A stretch of DNA of 64,000 nucleotides from Camelus dromedarius. Lineage: Eukaryota. A program made the translations under genes and the position numbers. The DNA lies in NCBI RefSeq assembly GCF_036321535.1, contig NC_087436.1, positions 73,224,001 through 73,288,000 on the forward strand, read 5' to 3'. Shown piece by piece: positions 52,565 through 64,000 of this stretch (positions are counted from its first letter, which is position 1; each line of letters opens with the position of its first letter). Under the pieces are notes generated by a model. That model saw only the letters and a list, made by a program, of their open reading frames with translations. It had not been told where the DNA came from and searched no databases.

Positions 52565-53650
52565 AAGGACTTCCTCCCAAGGGTGGCAGACTGGGTAATT
52601 TGGGCCAACTGTCTTGCTGAAGGAGACTAAAATACCTGGGCAAAATATAAAAATCATGATCTTTAAAGTATCAAAAAGCTAAAAAGAGAATGTGGAATTA
52701 CCAAGCCAAGACCTACAAGAAAATAGAAATCCAAAGATGAGTCTGGCATCTTGCCAAAACATGTTGGCCAATTTGGGAGAGGCAGCTGAGAGGCTTAGCA
52801 GTGTTTTTGGCATCTTCATAGGGCTAGAGGGACAAAATGTTCAGTACTTCTGATAGGGAAACTTAGAAAGCTTTATTGAGAGACAGTAGGGGAGGCCTAA
52901 ATAAATGGAGAGATATACCATGTTCACAGATCGGAAGACTCAGTAGTATATCGATGCCCCAAGACACAAATAAGCCTATGAAACAGAATAAAGTGACTAG
53001 ACAAGGGCTCATTCATAAATGACACCTGGTATATTATAGATGTGGCACTCATAGGAGTGGGGAAAGGATAACTGATACAACTGGATATCCATATGAGGAA
53101 AATGAAACTTGACTTCCAACCTCACACTCCATCATTACCTGCACACTACACATACACATTAGGAAAAGTCTTGCATTTATACATGGGCACACATGACATA
53201 AGAATGTTCATAGAAATACTGTGTTAAGGGTAAAACTTCTAAAAATCTAAACAACACAAGTTCATAAAGAGTAAAATGAATAAATAAAGCATGGAATGTG
53301 CATACAATGAAATACTCTAGTGCCATGAAAGTGAACATCACAAAATGGATTAATCTCAATCATAATGATAAAGAATTGGGTTACAGAAAAAAGTATGATT
53401 CTACTCATACAAAATGAAAATGCTTTAAAAATGTATTGTTCAGAGATGTAAACATATGTCATAAAACTATAGAGAAAAGTGAGAAACTGATAAATGCAAA
53501 ATTGAAAGGAATGGTACCTCTGGGGAAGAAGGATGGAATGAGAGAAGGAACTTAATAATAGTGTGGTGTTCTTTTTCTTAAATCAGTTGGTAGTTACTTG
53601 ATATTCCTTGTATTCTGAGTATTCTTTTGCATCTATTTGTGAGTTAGTAG
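52565..53650 (+). mobile_element. Ancient L1ME-like mosaic (5' end, ORF2 pieces, 3'UTR)
   Basis: 5'-end-like 'ggacttcctcccaagggtggcagact'; ORF2 'cctaaataaatggagagatataccatgttcacagatcggaagactcag'; 3'UTR-like 'catacaatgaaatactct'. Confidence 0.65.
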
Positions 53651-53714
53651 AAATATAACAAGTATATACATTGGCCCAATAACAAATGGCCAAGTTTGAA
53701 CTCAATATTCAGAT

Positions 53715-54538
53715 GAGGTCATAAATAGAAACAAAAGCAAAAATAAACAAATGGGATCTAATTAAACTTAAAAGGTTTTGTACAGCTAAGAATACCATCA
53801 ACAAAACAGAAAGACAACCTACAGAATGGGAGAAAATATTTGCAAATTATGCAACTGACAAGGGACTAATTTCCAAAATATACAAACAGCTCATACAGCT
53901 TAATATCAAAAAAACAAGCAACTGATTCCAAAAATGGGCAGAAGACCTAAGCAAGCAATTCTCCAATGAAGACATACAAGTGGCCAATAGGCACATGTAA
54001 AAATTCTAAGCATCACTAATTGTCAGAGAAATGCAGATCAAAACTAAAATGGGATATCTCACACCAGGCAGAATGGCCATCATTGAAAAGTCTACAAATG
54101 ATAGATGCTGGAGAGGGTGTGGAGAAAAGGGAATCCTCCCACACTCTTGGTGGGAGTGTAGATTGATGCAGCCACTAGAGAGGACAGTATGGAGGTTCCT
54201 TAAAAAACTGAAAATAGACTTACCATATGATCCAGCAATCCCACTCCTGGGCATACACCCAAAGAATAATAAAATTCAAAAAGACACATGCACCTCAATG
54301 TTCATAGAGCCAAGCTGTTTACAATAGCCAAGACATGGAAACAACCTAAATAGCCATCGACAGATGACTGGATAAAGAAGTTGTGGTATATTTATACAAT
54401 GGACAACTACTCAGCCATAAAAAAAGAATAAATAATGCCATTTGCAGCAACATGGATGGACCTAAAGATTGTCATTCTAAGTGAAGTGGGCCAGAAAGAG
54501 AAAGAAAATGCCATATGATATCACTTGTAGGTGGAATC

Positions 54539-54590
<52 letters not shown>

Positions 54591-54605
54591 CACAAATAAC
54601 TACTT
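53715..54605 (+). mobile_element. Young L1 ORF2 C-terminal fragment
   Basis: ORF 54031-54327 '[34 protein letters not shown]...[14 protein letters not shown]' is the L1 ORF2 Cys-rich region. Confidence 0.95.
54541..54590 (+). repeat. (AAAT)n microsatellite, ~12 units
   Basis: Direct reading. Confidence 0.97.
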
Positions 54606-55190
54606 ATTATTTATAACTTAGATGACTGATTTCTTGAATATGTGTAAGCATATTTGATTGTCATTTATGATTAGATTACACCATTCTGTTGATTCTTATT
54701 TTGTGGTTGGCTTTATTCCTTTGATAACTACGTAAGTTTAAAAAGCTAAAGCTCTAATCTGTTCTTAGAAACAATGATCAGTACATGTAAGTAAACTAAA
54801 AAAAAATGTGCAATATACTATAGATATGTATCTACATGCAATATAATGCACAGTGCAATCAAACTGTAGTAATTCTATCTAATTAAACTGAAAAAGGAAA
54901 TAAACAAATAAACATAATTATCTCCCTCAATTAAAAAAAATAAAAATAAATAAAGTATGCTTAGGGAAGTCCCCATGGATAAGGTGATATTTGAATAGAG
55001 AAATTAATAAAAACATACTTTTAAGCTTTCAAAAGCAGTATTTTTTTAAATGAATGAGCAAAGGTATATCAGGCTCATGAAAATAAAGAATCAAGTTTCA
55101 TAATATTATTATCAGAAACAGAATTCAAGATCTAAAGTTGTTTATAATAGCAAAAAAAAGCCTGCTAACTTAAAAACTTATTAAAAGGAG

Positions 55191-55472
55191 AATTGTTAAG
55201 TAAATCATGCTAAATTCTTAAAATTAAGTAATGGGTAGTCATTAAGAGACAACACAACTATCCATATCACATTATAGAATTTCAAAAGTAGATTACATAA
55301 TGTAATGTGAAAAAATTTCAAAAGTAGATTACATAATGTAATGTGAAAAAATTGTTAAGTAAATCATGCTAAATTCTTAAAATTAAGTAATGGGTAGTCA
55401 TTAAGAGACAACACAACTATCCATATCATATTATAGAATTTCAAAAGTAGATTACATAATGTAATGTGAAAA
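55191..55472. repeat. Complex local duplication A-B-B-A'-B (A=87 bp, B=36 bp)
   Basis: A 55191-55277 and 55350-55436 (1 mismatch); B 55278-55313, 55314-55349 and 55437-55472. Confidence 0.95.
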
Positions 55473-55689
55473 AATCAATATATAGATTGTTTTAAGTCCA
55501 GGAGATTATACAATAAACTTTTAATAATAGAATATCAGGGGAATAAAATTCTTGGGAGTGACAACAAAGATCTTGGCTTCTACTTATGCAGCTTTATATT
55601 ATTTTAAAATTTTGCAACAAATACCTATTATAATAAAATTGCTGCTGCATATGTGTTTTTAAATAACTCATGGGAAGTAAAATGATTTT

Positions 55690-56450
55690 ACATTGGTGGA
55701 AACTACAACTCAAATTAGGGATATTAATTCCATGAACCTTCCTTATATAAAGCAAAAACAATAAGGCAAGAATAAAGTGACACAAATTTAACAGTAGTAG
55801 AAGGATTTCACTTACCATTGTAATTGTCAACAGACCAACTGGGCAAAAATAATGATAAAGACAATTCAAATTCTATCATGAGTAAGTCTGATTTATGTGC
55901 TGGTTACTAACACTCAACTCTATAGACAATAGAACTTACTTTCAAATACTCGTGAAAAAAATATAAAAATTTGTCATATATTATACCACAGAGAAAGGCT
56001 TCATAAATTTCAAAGGGCAGAAATTTTCCAAGTCAATTTCCTTGTTCACAATGCAAAAAATCAGTAAAGTTTTAAAATTGAAAGAAACAAAATTTAATCA
56101 CTTAGAAAGTAAAGGCCATTCTCCTAAGTAATTCTTAGGTCAAAGAGGAAAATCAACTCTTACATAATGTTTAGTACTAAATAATAATTAATAACATTAC
56201 ATCATAAAATGCTTGAAAGCAACCATAGCTGTTATCTGAAGAAAATTTATACCACTAAATGTTTGTATAAAGGAAAGTAGGTCATAATAAATTACGTATT
56301 GAACGGAAGAAGCAAAGAAAAAGCAGTCAATATTTAAAAATTTATAAAATTAAAAATTAATGAATTATTAAAGCAGTGGAATTGATCAAGAGCTAATTCT
56401 TTAAAAATTCAAATAATGCAGAAAATAAACCTATATTTTCCAGTACTACA
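55690..56450 (+). mobile_element. Ancient L1 ORF2 endonuclease-region remnant
   Basis: 'tttcaaatactcgtgaaa', 'cataaatttcaaagggcagaaat', 'cctaagtaattcttaggtcaaagaggaaa', 'gaaaatttataccactaaatg'. Confidence 0.6.
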
Positions 56451-57316
56451 TGCAAAGATGTTTCCAGGACTCCAGCTTTTAATTCCTAAAAAATGACTGA
56501 AAACTCATGGAAGAGTTCTGAAAATGCTATGTTATTTCTAAACATCAGATTCCAAGTGAAAAATAATCCTAGCCCCTGCGTCAATACTACTATTCATTCC
56601 ACCCAGTCATAAGGCAGATGAAATTTATTAACTGCTACATTATAAACTGCATTATGCTTTCCGAAGAGCTTTGAGTGTGAGTCTTGGCCCTGACTTAAAC
56701 ACACTATTGACTTGGAAATGGACAGAGATACCAAGCTGTTTAGTTTAACCTGTGCAAGGAGAGGTCTAGTCACTGCTTGTCTATACAGTGTCTAAGGACA
56801 TCTTGGTCAGATTTCATTTATTTCCAAACATTTTCCTTTCTGAAAACTTAGTCCAGTCCAGTTGAAAGCATCAATTTCATCTCTAAATCAGGTTTTCCTT
56901 TTTGCAAAGCATGCTGCTCTTATGCCTCCAGGGACTTGGAGCAGGGAAGGGCCTGGTCTCTTCTTTACACAACTCCTGTTTGCCCTTTTTAAGCTTCTAG
57001 TTTTTCTGGTGCTGAGGAAAGAAAGAGGACCTCTGGGAACCAGAGACTGCCTCATCCCCTGACTGGGAGAGATCACTCCCCTCCCTTGTTAGTTGTCACA
57101 ATCCCTCTGACCCACCACACCCTCAGAAAGCAAACATCCAAAAGCAAACCAAGGCCTCCCTGCACAGCCTGGTTCCCTACTGTGGGAAGGCAAGTTCTAC
57201 CTCAAAATCTTTCACTCACCCCTCTCCTCGGTTCCATCACCAGGGTCCACCCTACAGCCTCAGTTTCCAGAGTTCTAGAAGGTCCAGCCAGCAACATCTT
57301 GGGAGAATGAAGCCCA

Positions 57317-57780
57317 TGTGAATGAAAAATGTCACATGCCATATCAGTAAACAAAGGATGCTGCAGCCATCAAGACACTACAGCTGCCCCTAAGGGTGCC
57401 CCTACCCTCTTAAGGTGCACCCTAAGAGGATTCATGGTGGGAAAGATCAGGATACTGGCCTTAGATAGCTGAGATGCATATTAAAGGAGTGAGTTCAGTG
57501 AGCCCAGACTGTTGCATCTTCCCATAAGTAGAAAAGTCCAAATTCATTAACTTGAGATATCTGGCTTTGTTTAACAGTAATCTTTTGATGTTCTGACTAC
57601 CTCGTCTTTGTTGTAAAAACTCCTTTATCTTCTGGTTCCTGCCTCACATCTTCTGAGCAGTTCCTCAGAGCGACCTGAGAGCGACCTGAGAGGCTGTCTC
57701 CTGGGCTTAAAGTACTCAGAAAATCCACCAAACAAAACATAATTCTCAACTTTTAGGTTGTGCTTTTTTTTCAGTCAATG
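57317..57780 (+). mobile_element. ERV1-type solo LTR (likely laurasiatherian/cetartiodactyl family)
   Basis: Decayed inverted termini 'tgtgaatgaaaaa' / 'tttttttcagtcaa'; U3/R-like 'gagcagttcctcagagcgacctgagag..gctgtctcctgggct', 'aaaacataattctcaacttttaggttgtgc'. Confidence 0.75.
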
Positions 57781-57799
57781 TATAAATGGGTCAGATCAG

Positions 57800-57872
57800 C
57801 ACACTGTATACTTTAAACTTACACAATGTTATATGTCAATTATATCTCAATAAAGCCAAGGAAAAAAATAAT
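57800..57872 (+). mobile_element. Very short L1 3' terminus
   Basis: 'ttaaacttacacaatgttatatgtcaattatatctcaataaagc' + poly(A). Confidence 0.8.
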
Positions 57873-58394
57873 TAATTTCAAAAAATGACCCAAACCTGTA
57901 CATCAGAGAACTTCTGCAAAAGGCAGCAGCTACTCCAAGGACACTCAGTTCTGAAGTAGTGGATAAGGAGCACCTGCAGGGGCCTGAAGATGAACTCCTG
58001 GGGTGATTTGTCAAGGTTCCACCAAAGGTCCATTCAGGAGGTCAGCCATTCTCCCTATGGGCAGGTAGTGAGCTAGTGAAGTCATTAGTCCTCAGGTAGG
58101 GCAGTGAATGTGGGCTCTCGGCAAGGAACCAGCCTGGAGGGCGAAGTCTCCACACTCAGAAGACCAGGCTACTCTGCCTTGCAGGGACTCCTCCTACCCT
58201 CCTGAAATCCCTGGAGGCAGTCTGTGGTAAATAGATGCAACATTCAGAGGAATGCTGATAGGAACTCTCATGTTCATAAATTAGCACACCAACTATAAGA
58301 CGAGGGGTCATATAACCAAGAAACACTTATAATTTAAGTAAACCAAATACCATGAAAGAAGTATTATGGCATAAATTGAAAAACTTATACACAA

Positions 58395-59270
58395 GTGTGA
58401 CTGACTTGCTAGTTGGCCTGCCCAATATCCATTCTCCATTTCTTCCTTACTACCAGAATCTTAATTGATGATGATTGAATGAATGCATGATTTTACAGAA
58501 CTCTACCTCTCAACCATGTCAGAGAACATAGATCTGTCCCATGAAATAGAAGCCTGCTGGATATTTCTGGGTAAGTTTTGCTTTACTAATTGTAACAGAG
58601 CTGATCAGTTGTCTCCTAATATTCACTCTTCTCTTCTTTATTCATTTTAGAACCCCTAATTTTAGCCAAGCCCATGACAGCCTTAGGGGAGAAGAGACTC
58701 TAAGCTCTGGCCAGTAGAATATAAGTTCATGTCCTCCTCACTTGCCCAATTTCTTGGTAGATGGAATAAAAAGATGATGGCTGGATCTTGAGCAGCCATG
58801 TTGGATCACATTTTAAAACCACATATTTTGGATGGGAGAACAAAAAAGATTAAAGAAACCTAGGTCCCTGACACCATGGGGTGGAATGTCAGCTCTGGAC
58901 CACCTACCATTATATCATTAATATAAGAGGTAAGCTTTGTCTTTAAGTCACTATAACTTTGGACTTTTGTCATGCTTTTTTATACTAATACAGACACCAA
59001 TCCTTCCTTTTTATTCTGTCTTTCTTTCTTCTGGTCAAGAATGCATACCCAATGCTGTGAGGTACAAGAGCCATCTTACATTCATAAGAATGAAGTCCAC
59101 ATACTCAGAACAGTAGGATAAAAGATGGAAGGAGCCTGGTCCCTGGATGACAGCTCTTGATGCTCATTTATGGACATTTTAATTTATGAGAAAAATAAAC
59201 CTATTACTTGTTTAAGTTACAGTTTATTGTGGTTTCTGTTACTTGAAACTGAATACCATCCTATCTAATA
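58395..59270 (+). mobile_element. Nested old MLT1 (I/J-like) LTR fragments
   Basis: 'ggcctgcccaatatccattctcc', 'gatgatggctggatcttgagcagccatgttggatca', 'gaaggagcctggtccctggatgac', 'gagaaaaataaacc'. Confidence 0.65.
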
Positions 59271-60360
59271 CATCTCAAAGGAAAAAAGGTTTTGAAAAAA
59301 ATTGTTTCCTGTATCCATGAGATAAGAATAGGCCGTTATGAAAATGAACTGATTATAGATCTTGAAAATGAAAATATAAGTGGCCAAATAACAAACTGAA
59401 TGGACATTGCTGTAGAACAAATTAATGAGCTCTGAGAGCAAAATGAGGAATTCTTCTGGGTCACAGCAAAACAGCAAAAGAAATGCAGGTTATCAACACA
59501 GTTGATTTACTTTCCTCGGGTATAGTCATAAAGTACCATAGATTGGGTGGCTCAAACAACAAACATTTATTGTCTCACTTCTGGAGGCTAGCAGTCCAAG
59601 ATCAAAGTGTTGACAAGGTTAGTTCCTTTTGGGGGCTCTGAGGAAGAGCCACTTCTATGCCTCTCCCCATCTCTGCTGGTTTACTTGCAGCCTTTGGTCT
59701 TCCTTGGCTTATAGCTGCATCATCTCCATCTCTGCTTTCACGTTCACATGGCGTTCTCCCTGTGGGTGTATTTGTATCCAGATTTCCCCTTTTTACAAGA
59801 ACAGTAGTCATATTGGATTAGGGTCCAGTATGACCTCATCTTAGTTAATTACACCTGCAACAACCCTATTTGCAAATAAGGTCACATTCTGAGTTATGGA
59901 GGTTGGGACTTTAACATATGAATTTGGGGAACACAATTAAACCCAGCATGGCAATTAAAGACAAGGAGGAAAGAGAAGAGAAGGCCTAATACCCATGTCG
60001 TAGAAGTTCTAAAAGGTGAGGAGAGACAGAATTAGGGAATACAAAAATTTTTTAAAAATAAAAAATGGCAGAATATTTCCCTGAGTCAAAGAATGACATA
60101 AATCTATATGTAGAAAGAATCCATTGAGTACTAGGCAAGATAAATGAAAAAACACCAACTCCTAGTCAAACTGTGACAAAATTTGACAACAAAAACAAAG
60201 GCTTCTTTAAAGATTACACTTTAAAGCAACAAAAATTAGATTAACATAACACTTCATATCCACACTACTGGAGGCAAGAAAACAATGGAGCAATATGCTC
60301 AAGTTTAAGGAAAAGTTATTTTTGAGCTACAAAAAAACTGTAAATCAAGTGAGAAGGCAA
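59270..60360 (+). mobile_element. Ancient L1 ORF1 remnant split by an MLT1 LTR
   Basis: 'gaacaaattaatgagctctgagagc', 'ggcagaatatttccctgagtcaaagaatgac', 'gaggcaagaaaacaatggagcaat'. Confidence 0.6.
59500..59950 (-). mobile_element. MLT1B/C-like solo LTR
   Basis: 'aagtaccatagattgggtggctcaaacaacaaacatttattgtctcacttctggaggctag...cagtccaagatcaaagtg...aaataaggtcacattctgag'. Confidence 0.9.
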
Positions 60361-60853
60361 ATTAGAAATGGTACCAGTTAGCAATTAAGTAACTTGATCC
60401 AACTGCAGCTCCATGGGCCAGACCCAAATAGTTCCAGCCAATCAGAGCGATCCCTTCCCCTTACTAGGGCTCACCTCCAAAATGAGTAGATGACACATTT
60501 CAGCTGAGACGCCAGGAGAAACCTGCTGGGCCTCTGCAAAAATCCCTCCTCACTTTCCTCAGACTGGATCTCTTCCTCCCACTGGAAGCAAAAATGGAAA
60601 ATAATAGCCATTGCTATAGCAGTCACCCCACAGCCACAAAAAGAACCAGATGTGAGATGAAACCAGCAACCATGCTGCCTTTCTCCTGGGGTTCTGCTGG
60701 AGAATTAAGGCTTACTGAAAACGACCTGTGTGATTATTTTCTCAGTTCTCCCAAGGATGATACAAAGCTAGGAACACACTAGACGTGTGGGAGATAAGCT
60801 CATGCAGTACATTCAGTGGATGCCTCGTGTCATTACAGCTTAATTTCTGGGAG

Positions 60854-61051
60854 GAGGCATCAACACACTATGACCCACAGGCCAAATCCAGCCCCCCAGC
60901 TATTTTATTGGAACCCCCGGCTCATTTGTGTACATACTGTATGGCTGTGCTCACACTGCAAAGGCAGAGTTGGGTAGATGTGGCAGAGACAGCTCATAAA
61001 ACCTAAGTATTTACTACCTGGCCCTTTACAGGAAAAGTTTGTCAACCGCAC
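60854..61051 (+). mobile_element. MER58A hAT MITE
   Basis: 'actatgacccacaggccaaatccagcc...ggcagagttgggtagatgtggcagagac...tatttactacctggccctttacaggaaaagtttg'. Confidence 0.9.
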
Positions 61052-61159
61052 TTTAGAGAAACTTCAGTGAGGTATGTAAATAGACATGGCTTCAGCCGGC
61101 TTGCCCTTTGCCCCATTATCAGCGGGGAGGGGGAAGGAGGGCAGGCTAATAAGTCTTGC

Positions 61160-61325
61160 CAAGATGTTACTTCTGACTGTGACCAACAGATAGCCTCAGG
61201 CTACTTCCTTCATCTGTAACCCATCACAGGGTTGTTATGAGGATGAAGGAAGCCAATAACCAACCTTAAAGCAAGTAGAATGGTTCCTAGCACATAGTAA
61301 GTGCTCAGTAAATGTTAGCTCTTGC
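61160..61325 (+). mobile_element. MIR SINE
   Basis: 'cacagggttgttatgaggatgaag...cctagcacatagtaagtgctcagtaaatgttagct'. Confidence 0.8.
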
Positions 61326-61339
61326 TCCAACCCTGATTC

Positions 61340-61845
61340 TAACTACCATTTACTTATCACACTATTCTGTAGGTAGAAAATTTGGTGTGGGCTCAGCAGG
61401 GTGGTTCTTCTGATATTTACCAGACTTGCTCTTGAAGCTGCAAACCGCTGCAGATCAAATTTAGGTAATTCTGCTTCTGCAGGTTGCCTGATCTGGGATG
61501 GTCCCTTTGACATGCCTGGTGACTGGTTACCTGTCACCATGGCCACTGGTCTATGTGGCATTTAGTAAGCCTCTTATTCCCCGCCAGGCTAGCATAGATT
61601 TTCACATGGTGGTTAGAGGGGTCCAAAGAGACTAAAATGAGGAAGGCTTCTTAAGGTCTAGGCTTGGAGCTAGAACAGCATCACGACCACTGTATTTTAT
61701 TGAAACAAATCAGAAGACAAGTTCATATTCAAAGAGTGGGGAAACAGACTCCACTTTCTGATGGGAGAACCCAGAGTCACTTTGCAAAACGGCGTACATA
61801 CAGGGAAGAAGAATTGCAGTCATTTACATAAACAATCTACAACAT
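61340..61845 (-). mobile_element. MaLR LTR (MLT1F/G-like)
   Basis: 'ttctgtaggtagaaaatttggtgtgggctcagcagggtggttcttct', 'aaggtctaggcttggagctagaacagcatcac', 'cagactccactttctgatggga'. Confidence 0.8.
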
Positions 61846-62779
61846 TAAGCTCATATGTCTTCATTTCAATTTAAACATCTAATACGTAAGTACTTATTAA
61901 GTGCCAGTGCTACAAGAAATGGCTTTGCTTTCTCTTTCCTTTTGAAATTCAAAACTTTATTTGAAAAGAAGCCTTTTAGAAAGAAATTAATTCTTTCGCT
62001 CTCAGTAATTGTGTGTTTGTGGGAGAACATCTGAATGCATGTAGTAACAAGCCATCAAATTCAGCTAACTGATCCTCAGATTTTACCATCTACGGCAACA
62101 TGTGGAGCTTATTCTTGAATTTTAATTTCTCTTTAAATAAAACTACAAAATAAAACTCTAGCTGTGTTTTAAATGCATAAAGTGAAAGGAAATTTTATCT
62201 CCTGATTTTTTAACTCATCATAAACATCTTCACAGTGTACTAAGCCAAACATTGCCACATACCAATCACATCATCTTCAAAAATAAAAGAGTAACTTGAC
62301 TTTTTTCTTCCATTTGACAATAGAAACAATATATAGTGATAAAAGTTGGAGAAGACTCTAACAGTGTTCCAGGACCTCCCAGCTTTCCTTTCTCCAAATG
62401 TATAAATCAGTAAGTATTCAAATGATTAATACACACATGATCAAGCTTACCAGAATAAATCATTTATAATTCCACCCTTGACTGTCTAGATTCATTAGTG
62501 CTTTTAAGTAAATTAATGTCTTCACATTCCAGGGCCTAACAAAGTGTTATAATCTCTCCTATTATTTTATATATTGACTTGCCAATGCTTTTTCTATTAG
62601 TAGGATTTGTTTTCTAACCTCTCCTCCCAGATTGAGCATAGTATATATCCACCCTCTTTCTAAGGCCTGGCTTCACCCTATATGGGATAGCAGAAGATGA
62701 TCTTTTGAAATGCAATTGGAAAAAGAGAAGATTCATATTCACTTGAAGAAGGAGAAGGAGAAGTAGCGGGGGGGAGATG

Positions 62780-63035
62780 ATAGCAAACACTTATAAGTCA
62801 CTTAGGATGTGCCACGCACTCTTCTAAGTAGTCTGTGCACGTTAATTTATTAATCCTCACAAAATCCTACATCATAGGTGTATTTATTTTCTTCATTTTG
62901 TAGAAGAGAAAACCGGGGAATGGAGGTCAAAGACTTGCCCCAGGTCACACAGCTAAATGGCAGAGCTGGGATTTGGACCCAGGCAATCTGATTCCAGGGC
63001 TCATCAATGTAACCATTACACTATATTGTCTCTCT
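62780..63035 (-). mobile_element. MIR SINE
   Basis: 'gacttgccccaggtcacacagctaaatggcagagctgggatttggacccaggcaatctgattccag'. Confidence 0.9.
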
Positions 63036-63857
63036 ATAAAAATACCCAGGAACCATGTTGAGATTATTAAAGGTCCAAAGATAGTATAGATACTTGAGGA
63101 TGGACCAATGAGTGGCATTTCCAGTCATCCTCTTCATACTGGGTAAAATTAAATGCAGCTGAATGACTGATCTTTAAGGCCAAAAATAGAGTAGAGGGTT
63201 GGAGATTAAAGCTGGGGTCAGGGGAGGAAGGCTTTGGAGAAACCAGGTGGACCAAGTTGAAGACAAGGAACCCACAAGGAAGATGTTCTTTCCTGGACTG
63301 GATGAGGAGAGGTGGCAGATTAAGGACCATGTCATACTAGTGAAGGAGCACCATACACATTCAGGATGAAGTGGGATGAGTTGAACAAAGTAAATGAACC
63401 ATTCACAGTTTCCCATCCCAAGGAGGATCTTAACTTGGATGGCCACTGACTTCAGCCTGCAGTAAAGATTTGCCTGCACATCACCTGGATCTGCTAAAAT
63501 GAGACTTTTCCCCAGCAATGCACTCTACCACCCCGCTCTTCCAAGACTAAGAGCATAAGGGATGTTATCATATCTTAATAAACTGCAAAATGTCTCTTTC
63601 ACCTTCTCTCTATCCCAGTCCTCTCTCCCCTTTTTTATTTGTATTGGCATGCAAACATGTTTCTTCCAAATGAAATGTATATGCTAATTTTTTATGACAA
63701 CATAGGTCTAAAATAAAGCACCAATACTTTAAAAATGGTCACCAGTAAAGGGTCCTAGACTTTTCCAATAATTTATAGTAATGTCATACACAATGATGAC
63801 AGTAGGTTCAGAAGAGCAAGCCAGTTATAAACACAATAATCCAAAGAAGAATGAAAT

Positions 63858-64000
63858 GAAAAGATGCTCAGTATCACTAATTATCAGGGAAATGCAAATT
63901 AAAACTACAATGAGGTATCACCTCACACAAGTCAGAATGGCCATCATTAGAAAGTCCACAGATGATGAATGCTGGAGAGGGCGTGGAGAAAAGGGAATGT
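63858..64000 (+). mobile_element. Young L1 ORF2 fragment (continues past window end)
   Basis: 'atcactaattatcagggaaatgcaaattaaaactacaatgaggtatcacctcacac...gctggagagggcgtggagaaaagggaa'; homologous to ~54010-54135. Confidence 0.92.

Noticed and set aside
55278..55472. 36-bp repeats as a CRISPR-like array
   Set aside because: No unique spacers, no cas genes, mammalian context; explained by local duplication
63400..63500. Possible minus-strand exon within ORF 63174-63518
   Set aside because: Weak donor and no recognisable protein

Overview
Repeat-rich, low-CpG mammalian genomic DNA. I could not find a protein-coding gene, RNA gene or CRISPR-like system that I can support, so it reads as intergenic or deep intronic sequence. 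It is probably from a camelid (camel/alpaca lineage). The basis is one tRNA-derived SINE of the camelid Vic-1 type at ~33.3 kb, cetartiodactyl-type L1 3' ends, and no Alu, Bov-A/Bov-tA, BovB, PRE-1 or CAN-SINE seen. Most of the window is fossil transposable elements: L1 of several ages (often nested), L2, L3/CR1, MIR, MaLR (MLT1) and ERV solo LTRs (MER34-, MER21-, LTR33/16-like), and hAT MITEs (MER20, MER58A, MER5-like). The ORF track is explained by L1 ORF2 remnants, microsatellites and chance ORFs. The points most worth a second look are: an internally deleted L1 with a three-monomer 5'UTR; an ABBAB serial duplication with AATT microhomology; three short L1 copies truncated at nearly the same 5' point; a palindromic double ARE/MARE site; and a CpG-retaining promoter-like island with candidate non-coding exons. 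I found no convincing novel biological system. Repeat family names come from my recall of consensus sequences, and repeat boundaries are approximate.
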